NCBI GenBank assembly: GCA_976551045.1 | Contig: CDPCPM010000103.1 | Span: forward strand, 4,526,001-4,590,000 | Origin: Glaucostegus cemiculus | Taxonomy: Eukaryota | Reading direction: 5' to 3' | Length of the DNA stretch: 64,000 bases | Shown here: positions 11,297-24,100 of the stretch, piece by piece | Layout of the letters: each line of letters begins with the position of its first letter | Position numbering within the stretch: position 1 is the first letter of the stretch | The notes under the pieces: generated by a model | What the model was told of the DNA's origin: nothing | What the model saw: only the letters and a program-made list of their open reading frames with translations | Database searches by the model: none | Position numbers and translations under genes: made by a program

Positions 11297-11574
11297 TTTA
11301 TCCACTATTGAACGGTTCCCTCACACAATGACATGGTCTGTGACCTCACATTCTACCTTGTGTGACCTTGCACCTATTGCACTGCACTTTCTCTGTAGCT
11401 GTGACACTTTATTCTGTACTGTTGCTGTTTTTACTGTACTACTTCAATACACTTTGTACTAACTATGTAACTGCACTGTGTAATGAATTGACCTGTACGA
11501 TCAGTTTGTAAGACAAGCTTTTCACCATACCTTGGTACAAGTGACAATAGTAAACCAATACCGATACCAATACC
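11297..11574 (+). mobile_element. LINE 3' UTR fragment (Rex1/Babar-like) ending in (CCAATA)n
   Basis: Ends AAGCTTTTCACCATACCTTGGTACAAGTGACAATAGTAAACCAATACCGATACCAATACC, a microsatellite-type LINE tail. The clade name is inferred from recall. Confidence 0.65.
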
Positions 11575-11727
11575 CTCCAGTCCTCTTCACCCCAAATTTC
11601 CCTTTCTCCTTAATAGAAGATTAAAGCCCCTGCAATATTCTTTCTCAATTCACTGCCTAATAGAGGATCTCAGGGGAAGGCCATTGTGTGTGAATATGTG
11701 CGTGAGGATTTGTCAGTTCTATTGGGC

Positions 11728-11810
11728 ACAAAACCAGAAAATGTTGGAAATCTAGCAATGTTTCTGGAAAGAAACACCAATCAATATTTCAGGTCAGTGA
11801 CCCTTCCTCT
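11728..11810 (-). mobile_element. Degraded Penelope-like terminal repeat
   Basis: AAAACCAGAAAATGTTGGAAAT...TCAATATTTCAGGTCAGTGACCCTTC, ending in the hammerhead stem II region. Confidence 0.55.
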
Positions 11811-11956
11811 ATTGGGCATGTCTCTTTGGTGAATATCGTGAATATTGGTGAATATGGCACACTTGTGGCCTTATAGCAAACTGGGACAGAAAACCCACAC
11901 AGTGCCTCTTTACACTAAAGAATTTCTAGGCTATTGGCTTTTCTTTGAAACACACC

Positions 11957-12460
11957 TAGAATATAGAACACAGAAGAGTACAACAAGGAAAGAGGTCCTT
12001 AGGACCACCAAGTTCTGTGCTGGTCATCATGCCAATCTAACTAATTCCATCTGGCTGCACATGATCTTTATTCCCTGCCTGTTCCTGTATCTAAATGCCT
12101 CTTAAACATTGCTATCACATCTGCTTCTAACACCTGCCCTGGCAGCACATTCCAGGCACCTACCCCTCTTTGTGTAAAAAAAACTTGCCTCGTACATCTT
12201 CCTTAAACTTTCCATCTCTCACTTTAGACCTATGCCCTCTAGTAATTGACATTTCCACCCTGGATAAAAGATTCAGACCAATATATATGCATGTCATAAT
12301 TTTATATACTTCTATCAGGTGGCCCCTCAGCTTCCAACACTCTAGAGAAAACAATCCAACTTTGTCCAGCCTCTCCTTATAGCTAATACATTCCAATCCA
12401 GGCAATATCCAGGTGAACTTCTTCTGCACTCTCTCCAAAGCCTCCACATCCTTACTATGG
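11957..12460 (-). mobile_element. 5'-truncated CR1 LINE
   Basis: ORF 12160-12447 gives ALERVQKKFTWILPGLECISYKERLDKVGLFSLE..LRGHLIEVYKIM (CR1 ORF2 end). Tail TAGAATATAGAACACAGAA at the left edge. Confidence 0.92.
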
Positions 12461-15400
12461 TCATCATTAATATTCAGACTATGTGGAACTCAACATATGG
12501 CACATCAATGTGCTAAAATCCATTGTATGTCAGCAAGAGTCTGACATACTGATTATGATTAGATCTTATTTCCAAGTTCATGTGTAACCATTTTCCATAA
12601 TTTAAAAAATACGTTTGATTTCACCATTATCCTCATTATATTTAGTGATGTTTCAAATTTAGGAAATCTTTCAAAAGGAAGTATCATTATTACCTCAAAG
12701 TTTGTACATGATGCAGGACAATCACTTATTGACATAGAATTATTTTGTAATCACAGCACAATAACAGGTCATTTGCCCAAACGGTTTGTGAAGGAGTTTA
12801 TCCTCCACATGAACAGTAATGTTAACCCCATGTGCCATGGTCACCTGGTGGACTACAAGCATAGATTAGTTATCAATAGGATCACTCACGGGGACACAAG
12901 TGATCATAATGGTGAAGTGCTTGCCAATTTCATCACATTAATAGGAACTTGTTGCCCTTTAACCCTTTGTCTTCTCAAGGAGCCAAATGCTTCAATTAAA
13001 ATATACAACTTTTGAATATAATGAGTTCTGTTAAAAACTAGGAATTAACAAAACAGCTTTAATACATTCTTTACCATTTCTATCATGCTTTTACTAAATC
13101 TAAACATGAGTTTATAATATAAATATTCACATATTGTCAATGTTTTATGTACAACTACAATTAAGAATACTTTGAATGGCTTTTAATGAATGTTATATTT
13201 CACTGTTTAAATAACACTTCTTTTAAAAGAAATACATAAAAAGTTGGTCATTAATAATCAATGTCATTATAATGGTGTTTGAAGTTAATGAGGAAAATGT
13301 TTTCCCAGTAATGAAACAAATGAACCTCAAAAACAACAAGAATAAAGGACCATCGTAATGAGCTTATTTTTATTGCTCTGCAACCATGATCTCTCTGCTT
13401 ATTCAACTTGCAATTAAAAACAAAGGTGTCCCTTTGAATAAAAGAAAACATGGCTCTTTAATGATAATGTTTAGCTGAAAGCAAAGCATAAAATTTTGGA
13501 TTGTGTTTGAAAATTAGTCTATGAAGTTATTTTGATGACTTTAAGAAGCAAAGAAGATCTGCACAGTATGATTTGCATCCATCTACTTTCCACACATTTT
13601 TTGCTCTTCTACCTATGAGAAAAATTAAAATATTTCACAGTAAATGATATAGGAACTTAATCCACAAGCAATATATTTCTTGATATGAAATTACAGAATG
13701 TCCATATTCAGTTTTGGTTATGAGCATATATAAGATTATTCTAGCCTAAATTTAAATATTAATGAATACATTAATAAATGAACAAAACTCAACTTTTCAG
13801 CTCTATCAGCAGATTCTTTTTATTGTTCAATAAATAATAAATATTTCTTTGTAGAAGCAGCAATTAATCAATCACGGGAAAGGCCGCATTAACTGGGCCC
13901 AATTCCTATCACTGCCTTGTGTGCATAGCGCCACATCAGGCTTCAGTTCAACTCTAGTAATGTACAAAGTCAGAGGATGGCCTGAATATCAAGGGAGAAA
14001 ATTGAGCAGAATATCCCCAAACTATTTAGTTTCAAAAAATAATATAAATTGAAGCTACAACCTTACACCATTGATTATGCCGCATTGTAAATTTATGTTG
14101 AATTGTTCCAGTTGGCATTTCAAAAGTGAGCATTTTGAATGTATATAGACACTTTTTATTTTTACAGTTTTAAATTCCTCAGTAGTACTATGGTAATAGG
14201 AGAATTATTTGACTTGGAATAATACTTAGCAGCCAACCGCAATTTTGCATTAAGTCCTCTGCAAACAAACTGCAGAAATAGATGAATCATTGTTTCCTTT
14301 ACATCTCTGCAAAAAGTTAATGTGGTTTTATAGATTACAGTAGCAGCAGTTACAATTGTAAGCATACTGAAAAGGTTTGTAATCTTGAATGAACAGAATG
14401 GTTGCCACCTACAAGATCTGTGGTTCTCTGTATAGGCATCTATGTCTGAAATCCTGCCTAATGAAATTTATTTGCTCAAAGGTTTAATGAGAGATGTCAC
14501 CACCAGGGATAGGCTTTTTCCTCTTCTGTTTACTTTGAAGGAAGCTAGGGATTTCAGAAAATCCAAACCAAACTGAACCATAGTCAATATGAGACAATGT
14601 TACCTTTCACAAGAGGATCCATTATGCAGTATTTTTAGCTAACTACTCAAGGATTTTATTTTAGCTAAAGAAATGAGCAGTGAGATAAAGTTTTATTTAA
14701 ATGTGCATTGTATTTTATTTTCTGTGTTAACAATTCTTCTAACGAAAATCTTCATAATACCTGCCACCAAAATCTTTACAGCTGCTCCCTCCTGAAAAAG
14801 TGAAATATTTTTTTTAAATAGCATATCATTTCAGAAGCTGGAGCAAGAGTTTTATTCCACATGCAGAGAATGTAACCTTGACTTGTCAATATACAGCTGC
14901 TGCATTTAGAAAGTGTAGCTAATGGTCTGATGAACTAATTGTTTTTGGAGCTGGTTTCTTATGAGTTAGCCAGTTTCTCCCTTTAATTTGTCCATTGATT
15001 AACCTATTGAAATGTTAAGTGAGTCGGCTTCCTCCTAGAGCAAACAGTAACGACAGACCGCATTGGCTTCATTAGTTGGAAGGAGCACTCATTTGCTCGA
15101 CTAAATGTGCTGGTATTTTCAACACCTCCCTGAGCTTTTAATTAGATGAGCCAATTCCAAATGTATTTGTCTGCAGGAAAGGTTATCAGTCCTGCAGCTG
15201 ACCTACAGAGGCTAGAATGAGGCAGGCAGCTATAATAGAAAGGATTTTTTTTCACTACGACTGCTGTACTTGATTGTATTGTAATGATAATGGAGTTGAG
15301 GCCTTGCTTTCCTCTGTGTTTTTGTTGCAGTAACTATGCAATCAGGTGCTTCCTCTGTCATCTATATGCACTCATTAAGCACTCATTTGGCTGTAATCTG

Positions 15401-16296
15401 CATGCAAATAGTCAAGTGTTTCTTCAGGCTAATACTACACCATGTGGATTTGTGGTGCCATCAAGCAGTTGTAAAGAAGGTAGCCCCCAGCTAATGGGGG
15501 AGGTGGGGAGGTTTATGCTAAGAAAATTGAACCTGTCAACAGAATTTAGCACCTCCATTGTGGAAAGCCCCTTCTGGGGTTTCCTTACTCAAGAGACCAA
15601 CTGGTTATCAGGGAAAACAACACACTAAGCATCAATAATCACAGTTCAGTCCACAGAAAAGCCTTCAGGTGAGAACATTAGTGAAGACTACTGGAAGTGA
15701 AAACTGATGGTTTAATTAATTTGGCAGGAGCAACATTAAAGCCAAAAATTTTAAATAGAGAGAAAAAAATAGATAGCAAGTGAGAAAACAGCAGGTATTA
15801 ACTGTCTTGTTTTTAAATGATGCCTCATTATTGTACAAATTAGCACAAATTAGCAAATCAAGAAGCATTTAGGATTACATTTATCTTACTGGGCTCAAAC
15901 TACTGGTGTCCTCTGATAGTTAAGAAAGAGCAAACACAATACCAGAGAATATACAGATGAGAAGGTTGGGTAACTGGGTTATTTTCAACAGGGTAGTGAG
16001 AGAAAAACAGACTAGTATGCTGGTATGTTAGCACATTGAGATTTTAACTAGATCTGGGCTGTATTCCAATCATCTCACCAATTCACTTTTTGACTGTTTC
16101 ATGGGAAATAGTTGTCAGCTTTAGCTGTCAAGGGAGGACAACTATCCAATAAATGGTTGGCAATTTGGGGTTGCTGATAAGGGAAAGAACAAGCTGAGAG
16201 AGAAAAAATTCTGAAGGGGAGGTAAAGTTACATAGGGTAAACAATGGGGAAAGGGAATGTAACAATATCTAACAAGAAAGGGTATGATAAACGGAG

Positions 16297-16567
16297 ACAA
16301 AAGAGACTTCAGATGCTGGAATCTGGAGCAACACACAAAACACTGGAGGAACTCAGCGGATCAGGCAGCATTTATTGGAGGGAAATGGACAGTTGATGTT
16401 TTGGGTCAAGACCCTTCATCCGGACTGGAATGAATATGCATGTATACTAGTTATCTCTCCTCTCTCTTTCCAGTCCGGATGAAGTGTCTCGACCCGAAAT
16501 GTTGCCTGTCCATTTCCCTCCACAGTTGCCTGACCCATTGAGTTCCACCAGCATTTTGTGTGTTGCT
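16297..16567. mobile_element. Inverted pair of Penelope-like terminal repeats, each with a hammerhead-like motif
   Basis: Left arm 16327-16430 and right arm 16468-16567 are imperfect reverse complements around a 37-nt spacer. Hammerhead-like motifs at 16390-16427 (-) and 16471-16508 (+). Confidence 0.85.
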
Positions 16568-19185
16568 GGAGTATGATAAGTGTTCATTTTCTACAATGTT
16601 GAAGGGTGACCCCTGGAACTCACCTCTGGACAATGCTGCACCCCTCATAGTTTAGATGGTAGTGGAGAGAGGGGGGCAAAAGAATGATTAAAAAATATGC
16701 AGTGCCGTGGGGAGGGACTGGAAATAAATGTGTGCTTGACTGATCTGAGAGACATAGTGGTTTATTTGGAATATTTTATTAATTCTGGGGAGATGGAGGT
16801 AACCAACATAATAGAATTATTACCCATTTTTGAAAGGGGGGGCCTTCTCCCTCAGCATTGTGCTTAGTTGCTCCAAGCATTAGTAATGAATTACAAGATT
16901 TTGATTCAGTAATGATGAAGAATTGACAAATATACATAAAGTTAGGCTGGGGTATAGGCCACATACCCCAGCTGGTGTTCCAATATTTGCTCTTATACCA
17001 GCAGATGATATGTTTTTTGTTTTGAACATTTTACTCTGTTAGAAGTACTTTATAAATACAAGTTGTTGTTGAAGACAATTGCATTGACAAGTGCAGTTGG
17101 AATAAATTTAGGTCGCTATATAGCTGTTATCTACTGCAGATGCAATGTGTCAATGATGAATTGTTCATCATTGGCACATTGCAACAGCAGAGATGCTGAA
17201 GGAGGAAAAATCTTTCTGAAATATTTCCAAGTATTTGCAACCAACTACTATGAAGGCAATGATTGTTGTTAGGTAGTCTAACCTAATTTATATTATAATT
17301 TTCCCATCACAATGTAGGACATTGTTCTTCACAGGCAAGTCAATGGTAATACTATTGTTCATATTTATGTCAATAATTGCTTTCTTGGTGGCCTTCATTG
17401 GTTTCATCATTGGATTCATAGTAGCTGATTGTTAAACTGTAAAACGTTCAAGTGCAATAGTTTAACTCAATGTTTTTAGTAATATCAACCCCTGATCTAA
17501 AACCTAATAGGTATACAGCTTAAGAACAGCTTTCTGCTTTCTCACAGATGTTTAAAAATTAAATGCATTGAAGTGGTGACTGAATGACACAAGCTAAACA
17601 ATAGCTCATAACATTATGCAAGAGTATTTACATTGGAATAAGGGCTTGCTGAATGGGTGGGGGTAGTCAATAGTCAGGCACTACGAATATAACGAAAGTC
17701 TGTCCAAACTCCATTTCAATAAAAGCTTCTGTACAGAAGCAGAGCAGCTCATGGGGGTTGACAAACAGATTAGCTCAGGAATTTTACTTTTCTGAGAAAA
17801 CTGACTTAACACAATTGAAAAGATAAAACTAGAATCTGTAGCTCTATGGAAAGAACTTCCAAATTAAAGTTTAAGATGAATAGGTATTTTTTTTCCAATG
17901 CAAATTATAGCACAGTGAAGTGCACAATTTGGAACAAGGGATTGTTTTAAAAAGTGAAGGGTTTAAAGTCCTTTACAAAATATTTAAGTCATGTATGAAA
18001 TGTCATTTAAGTTCCAGATTTGGTAGATAATTATCTCTTGTGCTGAGTAAATCATGAAATGTTTCACTTTAGCTAACTCAAGGCGTCTTTGCACCACAGC
18101 CACCAAACAGTTCACATTAAAATTGAGTTGGGATGGCCTCCACTAATACAGCCACACAAGTATTTCCTTAATACTGTGTAGACAGTTCAAATGCCTGGCA
18201 GTATTCCATCATGAGCTTGTTGGTTTCTCTTTCTTCCGCACAATATTAGAAGTCTTGCACCAGGGGTTTTACATTAACTTAATTTGACCCTTGAGCATGC
18301 CCAAAGTAGCTTTGAGAGAATGAAGTAAATGCTGTACCTGCTGAAATGTTAGCATCATTTTCCGTCTCCATATGTCTCTACTATGTTCACAGTAACAAAG
18401 AAGCGTTAATACAGTTTGCACCAAAATGTCCAACTGTTACACCGCAAAAGGGAATGCAATGTGTTCAAATTGATACCTAGTTTCACAGAAATATTGCAGA
18501 AGTCTGCCCATTTGCCCAGAAACATCAAGCAGCTGTTTGCAAAAAGAAGCAGTTGACCTCTTTCTCGGGTCAACATTTGAAGATGAAGGCCAGCCAACTG
18601 GATTTAAGAGATAAGTTCATTCCAGTAACATTGCCGTTCACCCCTAAGATCAGCTGACGCCAAGGGTTCAAAAGCTCCATTTTGTTTTGTTTTAATCCGC
18701 TGAAATAAATATGTATTAAAGAATGTTTAAAGATAATGCAGTTGATTAATCTAGATAGGTAAATGAGGCCACACAGCATCTTTCTAAAGATGTGTCCTGG
18801 CTCCCTTCTGTACAAAAGAACTGAAGCCAACAGCTCATAACCTGAAAAGGCTGGAGAAATCGATGCTTCATTCAAGGCAATTGATCAGCTCCAAATTAAT
18901 TAGACTTTAAGGCTTATGGTAGTTGATAAGATAACTTGTTAATTTTGCCATCAATAGCATTTCCCCTTAAGCAGCAAATACCCTCTTGTTGGGGAAAAAA
19001 AACACCTGTGGCAGCGAGGGTGAAAAGGATCAGTGCTGACCTCTTTTCATCTCCCAGGATTTAACTGAATGTGAGGCTTTGATGACAACAGTCGTTTAAA
19101 ATGTATTGTCTCAATTGCAAAAATGAGGCAACTCAGAAGGCACCATGTACCACTGCTGGCTTGGTGGCAAAATGGGGAAAACGGG

Positions 19186-19237
19186 GTGTGTGTGTGTGTG
19201 TATGCGCGCGCACACACTTGTGTGTGTGCATATGCAC
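19186..19237. repeat. Alternating purine-pyrimidine tract (GT/GC/CA)
   Basis: GTGTGTGTGTGTGTGTATGCGCGCGCACACACTTGTGTGTGTGCATATGCAC, flanked by GGGG and CCCC. Confidence 0.9.
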
Positions 19238-20934
19238 CCCCAGCTGATCCTGGGGCAGTAGCCTAGTATCAGCAGCACTCCAGCACTGTGAGAATGCTGA
19301 TAAACCAGTGAAGACCACAGGCTTTCCTGCTGGCATCCATGGGGCTGTTGAAAACCGCATGGGGTTCACAAAATAAAGGAGGCCTAATTGAGAATTTCTT
19401 TTTGCACATTTTGCCTGCTAAGTTTCTTTCCCACTTGATCCATCGGCTGAGTGTGTTGTGCTAACAGCAGGGGTCAGAATGCTTGGCACTATTTTGGCTA
19501 ACGTTTTCCATTGGATGTAACACTGCCTTTCAAAGCATGAGAACAATTTTTAATTTTGAGCTTTAATTATAATGCCGGAGAATGGTGCTTATTAAAACTC
19601 CTGAGTAGAAGGGCGTCAGTTGTATATCTACCCGGAATGACTGGCAGCATTCGTAGGAATTAAGCCTGTGGTCCATTCTGCTGTATGATTATTATATTTG
19701 GGGGCTGACATTTTTGTGCCTGCAGGTGACACATTGATGAAAACTAAAATTAATAAATCAACAGCAAGCCTCACACCTACAGTTCACAGTGGGAATTCCA
19801 AAACAAGTATAAAAAGGGAGCTTTATTTGTGCTTAGTATAAAATCACATTACAAAAGCACTTGTCAGAATTTTCTGACAAGTTTTAACAGTTTATCTTAA
19901 TACATATTTTTAACCTCTTGAGAGCTTTTGTTAATTAACAAGCTGCATGAGGTTCTAGCAGGTGATTTTGTCATTAATCTCTCATCCACCACTCATAGCT
20001 TATTAATTAGTTGAAGAGTACTGCTTTAGATTTGACCCTCTCTCTAACAAGAAATCAATTCAGTGGGTGAACATTCAATATATTCAATTGAAGAGGTGGC
20101 AGTCATTGACACTGGCCCCAGAGCTAAAGATGGCACTTAGAACAGGCAATTTACACCGAAATTTTGAAACGTACTCATCCCACCATACTTCCACATAATA
20201 TGTTACATAGGTGACTCGTGTCTAATTTTTACTGGAACCAGCAGCAGCTTTTGAAAGCCAGTCATGGAAGAATGCTTGGAATCGAAGGTTTCTGGTTAGC
20301 TTACAATAAAGTGTTTAATACATTTATTTCAAATTAACCATAGTTTCCATAATGCCTTATCATACAAAGGCAATCAGCTGATGTAGCATAGGGTATACAC
20401 AGGAGTGATTAGCAAATATAACACTCAAAAATAACAGATTCAAAATTCAGCCAATTTGGCGACTAAAATAAACAAAGGAGTAACGTTTTACATTACAGTG
20501 AATCTGCTTTTTTTGCAGCATCTTTAAAATCTCTGTTGTGTGTCTTCTCATGTTAATACACTTTATATTCCATGACCTCCAATATACCAAAGATTATTTA
20601 CGGTCCCTCTGTAAACAAAAAAGTCCTGTAGCCTTTTTGTTACATTGTTCTAAATTTTCCTTCAAGTGGCTCCTAACGTCATTTTTTTCTGAAAGATCTG
20701 CTGCAGCACTTGGTTATTGGCAATGTATTGGTGCAGAATATGATTTGGGAGAAAGTAATGTCCGTTATAAACCTTAGGAGACACAGAGTGAATGCTGGCA
20801 GTAGTGACATGCAGTATGCTGCACACCAGTGCAACATGGGTACATGCCACTTCATCAAGACTTGGAGAAAATTTGAGGCAATGACTCAACTTTGGCCACC
20901 AACTGGTAATTTTGACCCAAAGAAAAATGGAAAA

Positions 20935-21116
20935 CACTCATGGACTTACTCAGCAAGTCAGGCAACATCCATGGAGAAAGGAACAGAATTAACATCTTAT
21001 ATCATTGACCTGAAATGTTAGCTCTGTTTCTGTCTCCATGAATACTGACTGCTGAGTATTTCCAGCATTTTCTGTTTTTATTTCAGATTTCAGGAATCTG
21101 TAATTTTTTTGCTTTT
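20935..21116. mobile_element. Inverted pair of Penelope-like terminal repeats
   Basis: TACTCAGCAAGTCAGGCAACATCCATGGAGA...TTAACAT (20947-20995) faces ATGTTAG...TCTCCATGAATACTGACTGCTGAGTA (21015-21058). Confidence 0.8.
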
Positions 21117-24100
21117 TGATGATCTTGACTGGTTGGATTCTGGGCAGCTCTTCTCAGTTTGGATGGGAGCACTGCATTGTGCCCACTCAACTTCTCAGTC
21201 AGGGAGGCTAAATAGTATTAGAAGATCAGACAAGGAGAAAGGGAGGAAATCTGCTAAGAAGGTAGGGTTGTGGGAAGGCATAGAAATATGTAGACATATT
21301 AGATGATTACATGTCAGAGTAGGGGTGGAATATTTTGCACCCAATTACTTATAGTGCAGAATAATGTATAGAAAGGTTATGTATTCATTTGCTTTTCAAT
21401 TATCATCACACAAAGCCAGAATTAAAGGAAGGGTCATGTTAATCTTCACAGGTTTCTATTTCAAACTAACCAGAGATTCAATTTTTTTCGTTGTAAATGG
21501 TTCTACGTTTTTAGGTCTTGATTTTGTAATTACTGTGTTTTACTTTTGTGAGTTCCTTTATCAGTTATTTCTGAAAGGTACAACGATGGATTTGTGAAGT
21601 GCGACTGCAAATGTAACACATTTCTTCGTATTTTCATCTTCTTCATGTGAACGAGAACAAAATACTATTGTGGAGAGAATGAATCTTGCAGGTTTCTGGT
21701 ACCCTTTGCAACTGATGTACTGTACAAATATATGCTTTCTGTTGCTTTTTCTACCCAAACAGCCTTGAACCACTTAAAGTAATTAAATGAACCCTTAGCA
21801 CTTGTCATTTTCCCTTTTCACTATGTTGCAAAATCAGATTATGTTCTTCATACATATGCAGGGTCTTGGCTCTTGCCGCTCTTTCTAATGAGCTCTTACT
21901 TAATCAACAGGACAATGTCCTCCTTTTCCTTTTGTCCGCACCCGTAGGAAAAGCTGGTGGTGAAAAGCGTGAACAGAGGCAGCATTTCTTGCCAAAATAT
22001 TAAAGTATGCTTTAGATGAATCCTGGTTGGTCATGCATTGTTCCTTAGAAATGTGTAAAACAAATTGGATTAATGGTATTCACTTAAGCAGCAAATTGTG
22101 AATAGCAATTAAGCTGACAGAAGTTAAAGCTGCATGCATGCTGATTATTGAACATTAGTTCATACTTTCAACAACTTGTGTTTAAGGTGTTTTCTGTAAC
22201 ACAATGGCTAATTGATTGAATTTTAATTATCAAGTGTTTTAACCTTCAGCAGTATATCAATTTTAAGACTTCACAACTTCTTAGGCCTATATCAGAGCAC
22301 AGATAAGGCACATATCCTTTATGTTGCAGGCAGCATTGTTTTACCAATCATCAGCAATGTTTTGGTCATTTTAGAATGTAGGTCAGAGCTAAAGGATTAA
22401 TGATAGCATTGCCTTTTCTCTGTATCAGAGCACATTTGTTGTAATTAATCAGGACATTGGGTTGTATGCAGAAGGTCAGGTCATTCGCTTAGGAGCAGTC
22501 TGGGTTTTGAACAAAAGCAGCTGCATATGTCCCTTAGTGCCTTTTTCGAGCCACCAGTTGAACTGGTCAGATGTGCTCAGCTGCAGGGTTTTGCCATGGG
22601 CGATGGTTTCCTTCAGTATGTCGCTGCATGAGTTTGAACCTGCTGCACTAAAGCCGATGTGACTGATGTTACACTGTCTTAGGGAAAGAACAGGGCTCCA
22701 TGTGTCAGGCAAAGCTGGATTTAGGGGAATTATAGCAAGATCCTTTCATCCCTCTGTTAGGTGGAAGCTCTGTGATGGGCATTTTGATACTACAGATATC
22801 AAGGTGCAGGCTGGTAAAATGATACCTTGCTTTCAATCCTTTTTTGTGTGTTTATGCTCTATGTCAGCAAGACTGTGAACATGGGATTTGATTTCAACTC
22901 TAAATTTACTTACATAAACAAAATGCAGTGATAAAGAAGTGATTGTTTGACACCTATTTGGAAAATTGACGATTTGACACCAGAATCAAGATTCTAAACT
23001 TCCTGGTCCTTGTTCTTCATTTTTCTGTTTCTTTGGCGATAAATGCATATGAGTTTTAGTGAGGTGTGTCTCACCATCATCAGCCTGTGACACCAGTCAC
23101 AGCATGAAGTCACATTGGGTCCAAACATCTTCTCACCCCTCTATTCATAATATGGAAGTGGAAGGTACTCAAGGACTCTATTCATTAGAAACTGAACTCT
23201 TCCCTTCTCTTTCAAATTTTTACTGACATGTTTTCCATCTCCAGCCCTTCCTAACGATTATTTTTTGGGTACAGTCTGAAGTTGTGATACTGGAATCTTC
23301 TGGTTGATCTTAAGAATACTAGCTTAATGTATCAGATTGAATCTGACTGAACAGTGCTTGGATATACATTTTCATTTGTCTTTCTGTGGATGCTGTTAAT
23401 ATTTATAAGTTACAGGAGATGTGGACAATATTTTTTAAAGTGAACACATGATTTCACACTACAATTTGTACTTCATTTTAACTATTTATATTTCAGCTTG
23501 TCTTCTAAGTAGTTCTGGGATGAAATGGCCTTGAAATTAATTAAAACTGTGCATCAGCCTCCAATTTTACATCTCGGTTGATTTCCTTTCCCAGACTTCT
23601 TTTTAGTGGTAGGTACACAATTCCTTCCAGAACCTCCTAGATCTAGTCATATCCCAAACAATTCTTTCTGAGGGAAATTCTAAATTGTCTGGAACTTGCT
23701 TTATGAAGAATCAAGTTTTTGACAGATTCAATATTCCTTGTTTTCCTTTATATTGAAATGCCAAAAAGTTTTAATATCAGTGAATGAAATGGACACCCAT
23801 GCTCTGCCCATGGATACTTGATGGACCAATGATCCTTAAAGGAATAGCTGTATATTGCTCACAAACACATGGAATAGTTGAGACACTATTCCTGGTGTCA
23901 TGTGGATTCTGAAGTATCTTGTCCCGACCAAATTTTTCCACCAGTCCCTGCAATTGTTTTTCTCCTGCAACTTCCAATATCCAGCTTGAACATTTCCAAT
24001 TTTAAGATGCAGTTAGTTACAAATCTACAGTAACATATTCTATAAAGCTGCCAATTTTTAATCCACATGCAACATAGGATAAAAGATGCTTTTCCTGAAG

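Noticed and set aside
11016-11462. Charged or low-complexity ORFs
   Set aside because: They result from a pyrimidine-rich low-complexity tract plus adjacent repeat fragments.
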